Of a stretch of 64,000 bases of DNA, positions 1-14,474 are shown in pieces. The translations under genes and the position numbers were made by a program. Position 1 is the stretch's first letter. Each line of letters starts with the position of its first letter. The DNA lies in the NCBI GenBank assembly GCA_039545335.1, contig BCIN01000001.1:2669136-2733135 (forward strand), written 5' to 3'. The notes below the pieces were generated by a model that had not been told where the DNA came from, made no database searches, and was given only the letters and a program-made list of their open reading frames with translations. Source of the stretch: Kondoa subrosea. Lineage: Eukaryota.

Positions 1-59
1 ATTTCACCGATTCAAAAGGGCGATTTATCAGGACCGTGTTTCATCCAAGTACTTATGCA

Positions 60-1643
60 TCAGGATGCCAGGACCAAATCAGAGCAGCATTCCCTGTCCT
101 TGCCTCCGTTCCAAGGACTTGTGCTGTAAGACGACTTCTGCTGATCCTCTTCTTCTTGAGTTGGAGCTTCTTCAGTTGCAGAGTCCTCAACCAATAATGC
201 ATTTGCGCGTCTTGGGCGATTAGAAATGTTCGCATCTACTCTCGCGTACTCTTGCTTTAGCTAGTTCAGTGATTAAAGGTAGTCAGTCATTCAGCGGCGA
301 AAATTCTTGCTTGTTTTTAGGCAGAATCAGTCTTCTGTAAGAAACCAACGAAGTGGTTCATAGCATAACTCAGCAAGGATAGAAGAAGAAAGTAGAGTAG
401 GGAAACAACGAATTCCTCCATGTAGGAGCGACCGGTGTAATATGGGTTTGGGCCTGTGCGAGGTTTTGCTCTGTCCCATTTCAGTTCTGGATCGATAGGA
501 GTTGCAGCACTTTCCTTGCTCCGCTTCGGCGCACCTACATCTTTCCCATCTTGCACTTTTCCTGCTGTATAGCAGTTTTTCTTGTGTTGAGCTTTCCAGT
601 CTAAGGCTTGACATTCTTTAGAACAATACATTGCCGCAGAACAACTACCAGAAGAAGAATCAAATGCAGGCCGTCAGATCTAATTCTCGAGGAATTGAGC
701 TAGCACTACTAACCCAATACAAAACTTAAAGTTTGACTGCAATTTGGGTTGCTCATAATGTGCTGCAGCCGATAGGTATGTATAGCAATAGAGACAAGAA
801 TATTCGAAAGTAGGCCCTTTGCGATGAAACCCAGCTGTGATGAGTTTCGACAACCGATCTTCTGCTCTCGGCAAAGACCATATTGATTGATACTCTTTAC
901 AAGAGATGGAACACGCAGTGCGTGCATTAAAGTTTTCCTTGATAAAGGTATCTTAAGATTGTGCAGTAGACGACACCGCTTAGCCAAGATTTGGCATCAG
1001 GAGATGATTGAGGATTGATCTTTTCCAGAATAGCAGTCCATCCGAGGGACCATTGCCTTTTGCTAATAGACCCGTCTGCTAGCATGTCGCACACGTCTGG
1101 TCTTTTGGCAATGGCGTGTAAGATCAAGACACGAAGAGTCTCCATTTCGGAAACGATGCCGTGGCCAATGAGCAGATAGTAGATTGATACAGATACAATA
1201 AAACTTGCGTCCGTCTTGGAATAGCAGCTGAGACCATTGGATTTCAAGAGCATGTACACCAGATATTGGCGGAACCACTCAGCGTCTTTGGGTTCGATTT
1301 TCGATGTATTCAATAGCATTTCGTCTTGGTCCACTTTGCAAGTTTGGCGCAGGCGTTCAAGAAAGATTTCAGAGTTTTGTGACATAATCCGTCGCCAGAC
1401 TAAGTCCATTATTGCTTGTACTTGCATAGACACGTCATGCCCAGGATGGTAGCTCCCACCAGGCCTAGGTAGACTCTCCTCACCTCCGGTCCATGCAGCG
1501 ATCCGGTCATGTCCTATAGCCTCCCTCCATTCAGGTTGATTGCAACCCAGAAATCCATTCCATGCGCCGCATTCAACAGCCTCTTTGTACTGTTCAATTA
1601 GGCTGGGGACCACTTCCTGCAGCTCTCGAGGTAGGGCTTGCAT
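60..1643 (-). CDS. MYND-type zinc finger protein (multi-exon; 5' and 3' ends uncertain)
   Basis: Exon 317-631 encodes YCSKECQALDWKAQHKKNC, the second half of a MYND finger. Long upstream exon 927-1643 on the same strand. A probable acidic last exon ends at a stop at 60-62. Confidence 0.6.
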
Positions 1644-2489
1644 TCCAGCAGGAACTTGGTCTTCGCTGTTTTGGAAGAACCCTGGTCAATTGTCAACAGC
1701 GAAAAGCCATGAGCTCTCTTTCAGCCCAAGCCTACATCAAGCCACTGCTACACAGCGCCAAGTACCCCTCTTCATCAATCCTTGGTCTTTTGCTATGCTT
1801 GAAATCGGCTATGTCTGAAATTGTGGATGTGCTTCCTCTGCTGCATCATTGGACAACGCTGTCTCCTATGACAGAAGCAGGCTTAGCAATCGTCAGTCCT
1901 ATCCTGTTTCTCTCGCTGTAATCAGCTTAAGACAAAGATACATGTGACAGGCAAATGAATATGCTGCGAATGCTTCACCGCCAATGGAAATCTGTGGCAT
2001 CTATTTAGCAAACCGAAGCATACACGACACATCTATAAATCCGACGGGACAAGTGCTAGCGAAAGAAATAGCGCGAAGGCTGGGAAGAGAGAGTTTGATT
2101 CTCGTTGTGCGTGACGTTCACTGCAAATCTTCAATCTGAGTGCTAATTTGCGTGATGTCGGCGTACAGATCGATAATACACTATTACCGACAGGAAAGAA
2201 TCCCTACAAGGTACGCGAGACTGAACTCAAGGTGACTTCTCGCACCTTCTGACTCTCAAGTTCGGTGTACAGGCCTTCACCTGCTCTGCGGCATCGTCTC
2301 CCTCTCCTTCGTCAATATCGATAGCAGACGATACTTTACCAGCTAAAGCGGTTTCATGTCTAGGGTCAAAAGATTTACTTCGAGAACTAGGTGATTGGGA
2401 TGAGCATTTAGAAGATATCGGTGCAAGATGGTTAGGTGTACAAATAGAAATACCCAAGTAGATTCTCAATATATATACACAATGTTAAG

Positions 2490-3955
2490 TTATGAATTAG
2501 CTAAACGAACGTAATCGGTAGAAACGTTATCGTATTCTTCCATAGGCAAAAAATACTTTGACTGATGCAGAGCTAGCCACCTGACACCGAATATTAGCAG
2601 TGTAAGAATATCAAGGGAACTTGAAAACTCGCTTAAGCATATCGCCTATGGATTCTTGCAGCACCGCAACACCTTCTGTGTCCATTGTTGTATGCGCAAT
2701 CAGTTCAGGTAGGTTGACTGGAAAGTACCAATGAGTCTAGAACGCAAGACTCTGCCAGCAACTGACCAAACAAGCGTAAAAGGTGTTCTGCTCCGTAAAT
2801 CGAGCTCATTTCCGTGTCTTCGCCATCTGCGACATATCAATCAGCTGATAGACACACATATCGTAGAGCGAAAGAGCATACTCTTTTTCCTCATCTCGCT
2901 ATATTGACCTCTTTCGAATCGGTATAAGAGATTATTGCCTAAGCACTTGTCGAAGTATAGTTGTAAACCAGCCATCACTTCTTGCGTGAGCGAAGCAGAG
3001 TGTCTGTAGATTCATTTTAGATGACTGCTCTTCGACGAATAGCATACGTACGGCGGCTTGGCATTCGCTGACGCCTCTTCTTGATAGGCTTTGAGAATTT
3101 CTTGAACACAGGGTGATCTTGGCAACGGCACAAGCTATTCTCACTTTAGTTTCCACGTATAGGCAGGCTGGCAGGAGAAAACCTACTTGAGAATTCTTCG
3201 TGACCGCTTCCCAATCATCTACCAGTTGAACTTTGAGCGTGCTAGGTATCGACAACTTTATTTCGGGTCTTTTGCTCCATTCTTCTTCTTGATCCATAAC
3301 AGGTGGTACTTGACTATCTCTACCTCTTTTAGTACCTCTACCAGCAGGTCCATCCTTTTTCTTATTGGTTGGTGCAGAAGCAGAAGTAGTAGAAGAAGGT
3401 ACTTCTTTATCGTTGGTTGATTTAGATAAAGCAGCTTGCTCCCTTTCTACTTTTTCTCGAGCTTTTTGAGATCCTTGAAGTTGTTTTTGCTTTTCTAGAT
3501 TCTCATCGTTGAGTTTCAGTAGTCGACTTTCCGGTACGTATTCGTCCCATCTGTTCGAAACCTTTATTCAAGATAACACAGAGTTATGTAGAAGCAGAAG
3601 ACGAACGTCGTTTTCCAACCTTTGTAATGGACCAGGTAATGAGGTCCAGAAGCTCCAGAATTGTTATCTTCAGGTGACCATAGTTCAGCCTTCAGGACCT
3701 GAATCATGATCACATGAGATACGCTGTTGTGAGCAGGCGGAATGAGGAAAGTATACCTTTGCTTCATACATTCTATCGAATCACGAGGAGTGAGAGAAAT
3801 GACACAAAATGCAGGAGCTACAGACGCACAAAGGTCCATGGAAACAGAGAGCTCTCTCATTCTCGGAGAAGGTGAGCTACAAAGTGAGACAGAGCCATAA
3901 GTACGCGTGCCAAAAGATTTTGGTCGAGCGAGTATGAAGCGCGCACTTTGGACAT
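2490..3955 (-). CDS. EAF3: MRG-family chromodomain protein Eaf3/MRG15 (NuA4/Rpd3S subunit)
   Basis: Spliced N-terminus [19 protein letters not shown], chromo-barrel [13 protein letters not shown] domain [24 protein letters not shown] and [10 protein letters not shown]. Confidence 0.93.
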
Positions 3956-4140
3956 TCGCAAGACGTGTCAATACTAAGCTAAGTGCAGCTGTTGACGAGT
4001 AGAACAAGGAGCTGCGTTATGAAAGAGAGGTAATCGGAGCGAGAAAACAATATTCGTTGATCTTCCCAATCTGAGTTTGAGCAATAGAAGTCTACTCGAG
4101 CTTGCAGCATCATATATACATTTCATTGACATAGCTATCC

Positions 4141-4690
4141 TTAACGGAAAGAAGCAGCAAATCTGCTTCCATATTTGACGAGAATCAGAAGGCTCGCGAC
4201 GAATATTAGGCCAGCAGGCATAACCTGACGGGACACTCAGCCGTCCGAGAAGGGACATTGTAAAAGAAGGCTTACCTTGCCAGACAAGAAGTATCTCCTT
4301 CCCATGATAAAGGTCAAGCATGAAGCAACGCCTAATATACTCTCAGCGCTTATCGATGTCCTAATCAGAACAATCCCACCGATGATCACATCAGGATTCT
4401 GTTGTATCTGGACTGAAAGGCGAGTGCTTAAGCAGTCAGTGCCAACCGTTACAAGACCTTGCAACACGGCCGCACCTCTGTTGACACCATAGAAAGCCAA
4501 CGCGCCTGATCCACAACCCATGCCTAGTGAAGCAACAGAACCAGCCTTCAAATAGCCCATTACTGAGGGGAAACAAGAAAATGAAAAGAGCTAGAGATTG
4601 ACACGGGAAAGGCATACATCCGCCTAGAGTCAACAGAGACGCATATGCGTAGCCGGGCCAATCATAAGCAAGAGAAGAAGATGTAGACAT
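4141..4690 (-). CDS. TMEM14-family small membrane protein
   Basis: YAYASLLTLGG-MGYLKAGSVASLGMG ... MGRRYFLSGKVMPAGL, typical TMEM14 motifs across short exons. Confidence 0.85.
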
Positions 4691-4913
4691 GTCGCTGGCT
4701 GTTCACAGGCCAAAGCAAAGTCAAAGCAATGCAAGCGAGTGCAAGCGAGTGTACAAGGATAAGAAGCAATCGTCGATTCCGCTGCTTGGACTGCAACGGT
4801 CGAGAGTGCCGGTCACTGGATACCACCATAAAGAGCCTTTGAGAAAGGCCATCATACCCAATCAGCGCAATCAGCCTTGTTTTCCTTCTGAAAGCGCTTG
4901 ACACAGTGTAATA

Positions 4914-7692
4914 ATGGTTTTGTTCAGCAGCTCGAAGCGAAGAGGGCGGGAAGCATCAGATGCAGACAGTCATGGACACTATGAACCTTCGGAAGCTGTA
5001 ATGCCTGCTCTATCCACGCAGTCAAGCGAGGAGAACGCCGGGTCCAAGTTATCTAAGATTACATCAATGGACCGAAGGCAATCTTCTGCTTCAGGCCGCT
5101 CCGTGCCTACCATCATGGCCAATGATCCTATTGATTCACCGAAGAAACGAAGGAAATCTGTTCTGATCCAAGTACCTGTCGACGAAAGCACTCAAACACT
5201 GTTACCCAATTCTGTTGCACCTATGTCTTCTTCTTCTCCAGCGCTTGGTGAAGGTTCTCTAGACTTGGATCACTTCAATGTTCAGCCTCCAACTCCAGAT
5301 TCTGTGCATGGTCCGGTATCACTTGAAGCTGCTCAAGATGCTCATCTCATCAAAGGAGCAAACACACCTACGAATCAGCCTATCTTACGTAATAGAGCTT
5401 CACAACTTTCTGTGTCAGATACAGAAGGTCCTAATCGTTCAAGACAAGCATCCAATTCAACAATCACTCCCACTTCAAGAAGTAGAAACAGTTCCTTCCG
5501 ATCTAATGGTCCAGCTCCATTCAAAGGAAGACCAGCAAGACAATCTTCAACCAACTCAAGCATAGGTCAAGCTATTGCTCAATCCACTTCCACTTTAGCT
5601 ATTCATGCTTCACCTGTCTTCCAATCTTCACCGCCTTCATCAATTTCGGGTGGTAGAGGAAGAAGAGGATCCGCTACAGATTTAGATGAGGATGATCAAG
5701 ATCGGTATGGTTATCTGCAGAACATCAATTCCAGTGCTTTGGAAGACGATTTTGGCTTTATTGGCAATACAGCTCAAGGAAGAAATGCTTTTGATGAAAG
5801 TGGTGTATTGGGTTATGCGGTCGCTAGTAGCAAGAGAAACTCGGATTTTCATGCGTTATTTGAAAGCGTAGGGGAAGATGACTATTTGATTGAAGGTAAG
5901 GCAACATCACCAGGATGTATCAATGAGAAGAGGCTGAAGTCCGGGATACAGATTTTGGTTGCGCGTTACAAAAGGAGATATTGGTTCAAGGAAGACTGTA
6001 TGTTTCAGAACACCATCTCTGCTTTTATGCGAATATTTTTGGTTGGATCACGCATGTGAGTGATTGTCAAGGATCAGATGTCAGATACTTACACATTGAG
6101 TAGCTGGTCCTTCCCCTTACCGAAGTTGTCACTGTTGAAAAGCGAATGACAGCAATGATTATACCTAACGCCATACAAATATCTACCCTTCACGCTCGAC
6201 ATACTTTTGCTTCTTTCCTTGCAAGAGATACGACCTATGATTTGATTGTATCCATTTGGCGGATCAGTCATCCTTCTGTACCGCCTGAAGCTGCTTTACC
6301 TGATCATGAAGGACCTGCAACAGCTGCTCTGGATTCGGATGATAGTCACGATGAATTAGGAGCAGAGAAGGAAGATGGAATACCTTCCAGTAGTAGAAAG
6401 AGAAGAGCATGGAGAAAAAGAAGTAAGAGCGATAAAGCTGCTCAACCACCGACCAGTGCTTCTGCTATGGTTGATGCAAAGAAGCGAAACGAAGGGGCTG
6501 AACAGAAGAACAAGAAGACCACTCATAGAGTCACTTCTTTACCACCTTCAGTCGAATGTTTCAAGGATGTCATGATGGACGAAATCTTCAACTCTTCGCC
6601 TGAGAAGATTTATAACTTGATGTTCACCAGTGAAGCTTTCATGCGGGATTTCTGGCAGAGTAACCAGAAGTTGACGGGTATGTTTAGTGAATTGACCTTG
6701 TTTCATCTTACCTGATGATGAAGCAGAAATCCAACTTGGGGACTGGAAACCACCTGCGACAGGCCAATCTCATCTTCTGACTAGAGAACTATCCTACATA
6801 AAGCCTATCACTGCACCAGTTGGACCTAAACAGCTCCGATGTCTCGTATTGGAATGTAGTGAAATGGTTGATTTCGATGATTATGTCGTCGTCTTGACTG
6901 TCACTCGGACGCCTGATGCACCTTCTGGTGGATCTTTCTCTACTAAAACGAGAACGTGTGTTACATGGGCGAAGAACAACATGTGTCGTGTGCAAGTGTT
7001 TTCGACTGTTGAGTGGACAAAGAGTAGCTTTCTCAAAGGTTCGTTGGATATGCTGGGTTCTGTCATCTGAAACTTGAACGTGCTCTCCTCAAACAGGCGT
7101 GATCACTTCGTCAGCGCTAGAAGGGCAGCGATCCTATCATGTGGAACTCACAAAGGAAATGCGAGCTTACATCGAAAAGCACAAGAACGAATTCCACGAA
7201 CAAGTAGCGGACGGTGCAGAAGAGGAAGGAGTAGAAGAGGAACAGGTAATTAATGCAAGTGCGCCTTCGCCGACACAGAACGCAACAACTTCAGAAGATT
7301 CCTGGCTGCGAATTCAGCTTGGTCCAACAGCTGTCATACTGGATGTCTTCGAGTCATTGAGAGATACGTTGCTGGATCTTTCGCCTTTTCAGATGGCTAC
7401 GGGCGCAGTCATTATGCTCCTTATTATATCAAATCTGTGGACTCTCGGATCAGACAGAGAATCCTCCAAGCACAGTCCAAGGCGATCAGCACCTGAACAA
7501 CATCGGAATCCAGATCAAGTCGCCGCTGCAGTACGAGATGTCTTGCAGGAATATTTCGCTGCCGGTCCAGCGACCCCGTCGCAAGCCAAACCTGTCTCGC
7601 ATGAGGAAGAACGGGCTGAGATAGTCAAGATACTGGACGAGTTGGAAGTCCGAATAACGAAACTACGAAACGAATTGAATGCGACGGCTTGA
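4914..7692 (+). CDS. GRAM + VASt (StARkin) domain ER-anchored sterol transfer protein, Lam/Ysp2 family
   Basis: GYAVASSKRNSDFHALF...DDYLIE and IIPNAIQISTLHARHTFASFLARDTTYDLI (GRAM); TRTPDAPSGGSFSTKTRTCVTW (VASt); C-terminal TM segment and coiled coil. Confidence 0.9.
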
Positions 7693-7848
7693 AATTGACG
7701 AAGATTATTTGCATGTACAACTACAGTTACGAATAATTTATTTTGGGTCGTTCCGGCAGAGTCAGTGGACAGATCGATCTAACACTTCGATCTTCCCCTT
7801 TCCATGTTTTCTTTTCCACTATTATGCTATTTGAATACTGACCAACCC

Positions 7849-8380
7849 ATGCCTCTTCTTCGTTTCTCCTCTTCTTTCTTTCTTCTCTTGACCGCATCCA
7901 TCTCTACAGTCTCGGTACGTCTCACAATACCTCCTCCTTAAGCCTCTTGCTCAGTAGTCAATTCGTACTCTCAGATACTGGTCCAATCAATCACCAAAGA
8001 AGCCCATTATATACCGAAATCAATGACCTGCGTGGAGGAGTCCCGACAAGCGGCGATTCACTTTATTGTGCTTCGCTGGTCCCTGCGTTGAGCTTCAGAG
8101 GAGTCTCAGTGATGGGGGCAACGAGTCGCCTTCGGGCATTTGTTACATATCCTACTCCAGGAGCTCGCGGATATTTGGCACACTAACATTCAACGGCAGC
8201 TGGTCTGTATCTAAGCGACTTGACTGGCAAGTTCGCTTTGATTTCATCGATAGACCTGAGCGTCACTTCAATACTCCATCCCTTTGGTGGGTCGTTTCTT
8301 CATCTGTCCATGTGCCGAGCTCATGTATATTCCTAGGCATACTTCTAGACAATGTTCTAGCCCCCTTGCTCACGGCTTGA
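7849..8380 (+). CDS. possible small secreted protein or gene remnant
   Basis: ATG at 7849 begins a signal-peptide-like MPLLRFSSSFFLLLTASISTVS followed by a GTACGT donor. Downstream frames do not join cleanly. Confidence 0.25.
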
Positions 8381-8965
8381 AAATCGACGCCTTTTGCTGT
8401 ATTGCACGGCGTCTCGACGAGGCAGGCCCGAGAGTAACACGGGGTCGCACTGTGGCGCCACACGGATCTGGGGATTACGGTCCCTTCGAGCTGTTGCCTT
8501 GTAGTAACTCAAATACGTTGGGCAAGGAAGGATGACAGCTGGCCAGAGCTCTCGTAACTTAAGAACAAGTTTACGTTGCCAAACACCGGGCCCGGCTGTC
8601 AACGAGCTCTTCAGCTCATCAAGTAAGCATTATTGTTATTATTGGGTTTCTATCTTCTTGACTGGCGTCGACTGGCTTTCAGGAAACCTGATGGCTGGCG
8701 ACTAATATACCGCGTGTACTTGTGCATGGCATGCTACAGCTGTATCTGGTTATTGCTGATAAGCTGACTAATCAAGATGACGGCAAACCTCATAAATGCT
8801 AGCCTGTTAAATTCACCCGTTCTCGTGTGCACTTGTTGCCAAGAGCATGTGGACGCTCGCTGACTTGCTTGCTACACAGTCGTCTGATTGAACTTCATTT
8901 CTTCCTAGCTCTTGTCTGCCGCTACCTGTTCTTAGATCTCCGCATTGATTTCTCCATTTTACCCC

Positions 8966-10436
8966 ATGATTGCAAAGCCTTCCCTTGCCTCTTCTCTCGC
9001 TACTTTAGTTCTAATCTTTGGAGCTGCAAATGGAGCTGTTATACCGCGGAACAACGGCAAAGGCTCATTTTCCAGAATTCAAGATCCAGCGTTCACTATC
9101 CCTTACTTACAGTTAAATTCAGTAGTTTCTTGTGCTAATGAAGATATCAAGAATGTCAGCAATCCGATGTTATTGGTACCAGGTCTGTTCACTCCATAAG
9201 TGACACAGCTCGAATTCAAGCTGAAGTTGGACGATGTGCAGGAACATGGGCAAATGCTACGATGGCTTACGATCCTGGATGGAAAGAGTTCTTAAGTGGA
9301 TTGGGCTACGATATCTGCTATGTATCGCCTCCAGTGAGTGGGAGTGACAGTGCCTGGTGATGAAGCTTTTCTCAGTGGTTTGAATAGCCTTACATGACCG
9401 CAGATGTTCAAGACACACTCGAGTACATCGCAAATGCAGTGTAGGAGCTCTTCTGTCTTCATTCTATCTCATCTTATAGATGCTTGTCTAATAGTCATCG
9501 AATTTACGATGTCACTGGAAAAGCCCTACCAATTATGGGACATTCTCAAGGCGGCATGGCAATCTCAGCAGCACTTACCTATTACCCTTCCCTGCGCAAA
9601 GAATTGTCGCAATATATCTCTTTAGCAGGGTGAGTCAATGTTGCAGTATCACCATGGCAGCTGCTTGATATGTTGGGTGGTCAGATCACTTCATGGAACT
9701 ACGAACGTAGCTGTTGTACCTCAAGATCAATTGACTACAACTGTTCGAGATCCAGCGGTTTGGCAGCAGGGTTATACAAGTGATTGGATTGAGACCTTGC
9801 GTAAGAAAGGTCTGTTTCATGCCACCTTTGGCATAAACATTCGCTGATCTGGGCTACTTAGGCGGATGGTACAACTGGTACATTCTCTTCTTTTCTAGAG
9901 ATTATATCCGGTATTAAATTGGATCCTGACTGTACAGGATCCCAACACAAACTCTCTTCTCTACAGCAGACATGACTGTTCGACCACAAGTCAATGCTTC
10001 TTTATCCGGCAGTGCAACTTATGTTGGAGGAAGTATGACCGGTAATATCCTAGTTCAAGAAGTTTGCCCTGAATTGGCAGTAGCCCATAATGAATTCCTG
10101 GTGTCCAATTTCGCATTCAGTGTTGTGGCTTTAGCTTTGAGTTCGGACAAAGGTTATATTACTGTGAATGAAGCGAAACAAGCCGTGAAGGATGGCAAGA
10201 TTGATTGTTCCATAAATTTCGTGAGTGGCTCTCGAAACATCGAAAGAATGAATTCTGGAAGCTGATTGTCATGTAAAAAGGCACCTAATGCGGATTTGGC
10301 TGCTTACAATACTACCCTGGCTCTAGTCGGTGGATTCGCCAGTGGAATGCCACGAGTTATCGCCCAAACGCATGCAGAACCTTTGTTGCGATCTTATGTG
10401 AACAATGCGAAAGAGAATGAAGTGCACGATGCTTAA
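8966..10436 (+). CDS. secreted CalB-like lipase (alpha/beta hydrolase)
   Basis: Signal peptide, NPMLLVPGT, nucleophile elbow GHSQGG (9538-9555), PAVWQQ, NILVQEVCP...AHNEFL and C-terminal EPLLRSY resemble the lipase B family. Confidence 0.8.
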
Positions 10437-10590
10437 GATGCAGATACATAGGGAACGGGGAGAAGAACAGAAATGCAGGCATGTAAAGTAATTATTGTAG
10501 ATAGAATGATGAGCAGATCGAAAGCAAATATGAAAATGCGTGCATGATTTTTACATATTCGCCAGCCAGAGTCCACAGAAAGAGGGAGGC

Positions 10591-11350
10591 TTACCGCCTG
10601 TTGCGCATGAAAGCAAAGATACCAGCTGTTGCTACCGCTCTGTGAGTCAAATTTCGATGTTAGACAAAGACGTGTCACAATCGAAAAATCTACTTGCGCT
10701 ATACTTCCTACTAATGCCATACCAACGAGTCCCTCTGTACGCACAAGAAATAGCTTAGGTCGCCGGGGCCAAAGCAATTCACGGAACACACCTTTCGATA
10801 CAGCTTTCTGTATCAGGTCTGCCAATGCTTGAGCTTGCAAGTTATGCGGCTCTTTATCCATCAGCATATCTGCTCGTGTCACCAGAGAAACTGAGCTGCG
10901 AGACAGCTAATCCCGATGAATGACGAACCGTTAAACTTCCTCGCTTCTTCATAATTGCCCAATTGATAATGACCCAACGCAAGATAGTACAAACATTCTC
11001 TTCTCCTACTTGGCTCATCACGATATATAGCCATCAAGAGAGCAACTCCTCTTGAGATTTCATCTTTGCTTTGAGGTCCAGCACATTTGACCAATCCCCT
11101 TTACATCCTCCCAATAAGCTGAAGTCAATAGGAAGCAGTTGTAATGAGCATACCAGGCCAAATTGAAACGTGCTTGGACTGTCAAGTGACCTGCTGAACG
11201 TTCGTTGTCGTATTGCTGTTGCAGCACATCCAGTTCTTCGGGTGTTAGCTACGCCCAGGTCCCCATCTCATTGAGCTTTATTCTATACATGATACAAGGA
11301 CGTACAGGAGCTTCTAGATCAGCTGGAGAAGGAAGAATATCAGAAGGCAT
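10591..11350 (-). CDS. FIS1: mitochondrial fission protein Fis1
   Basis: [49 protein letters not shown]-terminal TM followed by basic tail MRNRR. Confidence 0.95.
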
Positions 11351-11541
11351 GGCTGTAAGTGTTCAAGCGAGATTGATATGATGAGCGCAAGGCTTGACCA
11401 CGAACAGTTCGCGCGTGCTTGCATGGATTATACCACAGCTTGCTGATATCCCTAGCCTGACCTTCTACTGGAACCTCTTTGCCTCTTGCTCTGACCAATT
11501 TCTGAGCCTTTGTTATTTTGTTTCAATCTCGAGATAAAGTT

Positions 11542-14215
11542 ATGGGTCTTCTACGTTCTCCGCCTACTCGAATCCCTCAGCCTGTGCCTAGTTTCACATC
11601 ACCATCACGTCCAGTTCCTCAAGCCCCTTCTCTTCAATCTAGACCTTACAATGCTTCACCTGCATGGAGGAATAAGAAATCTGTTACTGGAAGTGCTGGA
11701 TCAGATTCTGATCAAAGTGAACAAACAGTACAACCTGCTCAACCTTCACCTATCTCCCCTCCTATATTACCTCAACCTACTACTTCCGTACAATCACAGG
11801 ATATCTTACAATTACAAGTAACCAATGCTAATCTCTCTACTCTATTAGCACAAACTCAATCTTCTAACGAATCTCTGAAATCGGAAATAAACGAACAGAA
11901 AAGAGTAACGGAAGATCAGAAACTTTATTACGAGAACCAATTATCTATTCTTGCTCAATCGAATACTAAAGAATTGGCGGAATTGAGAGAAGAAGTTCAG
12001 AGAGCTAGTGCGAAAGCTGATTTTGGTTTGGAAGAAGAAAGGAAAGCTTTGGAGGATGAGAAAGCGGTGTTGCATCAAGAAAGGCAGGATTTAAAGCGGG
12101 AAAGAGGAGTAATACTGCAAGAGAAAGAACGTATGTCCAAGGAGAAAGATCAACAGCGAATCACACTAGAGAAAGAAATTGAAGCGCATCATGTCGGTTT
12201 GATGAAGGAGAAAGAAGAACAAGTTGAGCGATTGCAAGATCATGTCACTGAACTGGAGCAAATTAATCGAGATATCCATCGACAATTGGAAGAAGCTCGG
12301 CTTGACCAGGATTTCTTGCTTGGTGGATTTGCAGAGAAAGAACGCCTTGCGAAAACGGAACTTGGTCAGTAATCTTCTGCCTGTTTGGAGACCTTTTCTG
12401 ATCCTGTGATGCCGATGTTTATAGCTCGAAGTCAAGCGGAAACTACTTCTCTTCAAACTCAGCTGAACAAAGCCAGAGTATGTACTTTTTTTCCTTACTA
12501 AGCTACATAATTCTGATACTCTCTCATCAGTCACAACTCACTAAAGTCAGAACCTCTACAAATAACACTCTTACTACTCGTTGTTCAGATCTAGAAAAAT
12601 CCTTAACCGATTTATCAGCCCAACTCACTTCTTCCGATACTGCTCGTCGGAAAGCCGAGCATCGCGTACGAGAACTCAACACAGAATTAGAACTAGCTCA
12701 TCAACAATCCCAACAATCTACCACCCAAAGTCCGAATTACGAAGAATTGGTAACGGAATTGAAATGCACGAGAAAAGAAGTGAAGATTGCTGAGAAACGA
12801 TTGGAGGATACAAGAGAGGAGTTGAAGAGATGTAAAGCGGAAAGAGATGTAGCTTTCTTAAAAATTCAGGAATTGGTTGAAGATAATGCAGAGTTGCAAG
12901 TACGTTCATTTTGTCAGAACTGCTTTTCCTTTTCAGCGCTAACAAGAGATCTACTCAGAATGAGCTGGAAGAAGAAGTCTCGAATAGTAGAGCTCCTTCA
13001 GTATTAAACCCTACAGCTGTACTACCTAAGAACAGGAAGACAGCAAATGTCTTTCGCTCGCCAGCTAGCAAGATCCCTCCATCTGCTTCTCAAGAAGATA
13101 CTTCCCAAACGACAAAGAAAAGGAAACGTCCTGCTAAAGAAGTTGAGAATGCTGCTATACCATTACCTTCCTTGAGCAAAAAGCCTAAAGTCGACACCTC
13201 GAAGCAAAAGAAAAAAGAAAGGATTGAGATAGATTTATCTGATTCCGATGACGAAGAAGAAGAAGAAGAAGAAGAACCTGTTCCGATAGTCAAGAAACCT
13301 AGAGGTCGACCCGTCAAGAAAGATAATAAGAACAAAGCCGAAGCAAAAGAACAACCTGCTAAAAGTCGAGCGAAACCAAAGCAGAAAGTATCGCCTCCGA
13401 CTGTTGAAGTACCACCCGTAGAAGAAGAAGATGGTGATGAGATGGATGTCGAAGAACCTGCTCTAGTGAATGAAGATATAGCTGCCCCATCGGACCAGGC
13501 AGAAGAAGCTGCTCCACCTATTGTCAAAAAACCAAGGGGACGACCGCGAATTCATCCTATTCCAGAACCAGTTCCCGAAGGTACTCCTAAACGACCAAGA
13601 GGTCGACCACGCAAGATTATCGATCCCAACGCAGTAGTAGATGATACCCCTAAACGTCCAAGAGGTCGACCGAGCAAAGACAATAAAGTTATTTATGAGA
13701 AAGGCCCAATGTCGCAAGCTACTAGATCTGCTCAGAAAGAAAGAACCAAAGAGAAAGATATTGTTCCGGAAGAAATTGTAGATGATGATGAAGAGGAAAT
13801 GGTCGAAGAAGCGCCTCCTGCTAAGAAAGTCAAAGGCAAAGCAAAGAAAACAGGGAAAGATCAGGCGGACGAGGAATCAACTCGGCGTCCAGCAGCTGAA
13901 TCTTCTTTGGCTATCAAGAAGGCTGCTAAACCTCAACCGGCGAAAGTCAATAAGAGAGCAAAGAAATCTTCAGACGCAGCAAGCGTTACTTCTTTACCTG
14001 AACCATCTTACAAGATCATCAAGAAAGCTTCTGCAGCGTCTCTTCTCGCTCAAGAACACTCGCAATCACCAGAACCAGATTTACTCAAGACGAAAAAGAA
14101 GAAGATCAAACTTGCTTCTGGTGCATCTGTTGAGAAGTGGGCGAAGGCGTGGGAACAGCAGGGAGAGTCAGCTCTTGGTTTACCTGTACATCTGAGTCCG
14201 ATCAAGAAAAAGTAA
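11542..14215 (+). CDS. coiled-coil protein with four AT-hook motifs in a Lys/Glu-rich C-terminal region
   Basis: Long heptad-rich exons (11542-12900). Last exon carries KKPRGRPVKK, KKPRGRPRI, PKRPRGRPRK and PKRPRGRPSK. Confidence 0.75.
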
Positions 14216-14474
14216 GGTATACCGTGAATGTAATCTAGTTTGTACATGGCAGTGGACATGAGCGTTGTCAGAGATTCTTGTTCAACTCTGCTGCGCACCG
14301 CAACGAAAAGGAAACTCCAGGCATAGGGATGCAGGAAGCGGAATGAAGCAGAAAATGAGCCAGAAGCCGACGCACAGCGGATCGATATACTGGGTAGTCA
14401 AAGTGAAAATGCAAAGCCAAAAACGAGCTATCTCAAATTCGCATTCGAAAAGGAAATCTGGCACTTCATGGACC

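Noticed and set aside
10640..10697. GC-AG intron in FIS1
   Set aside because: GC-AG introns are a common minor class in fungi.
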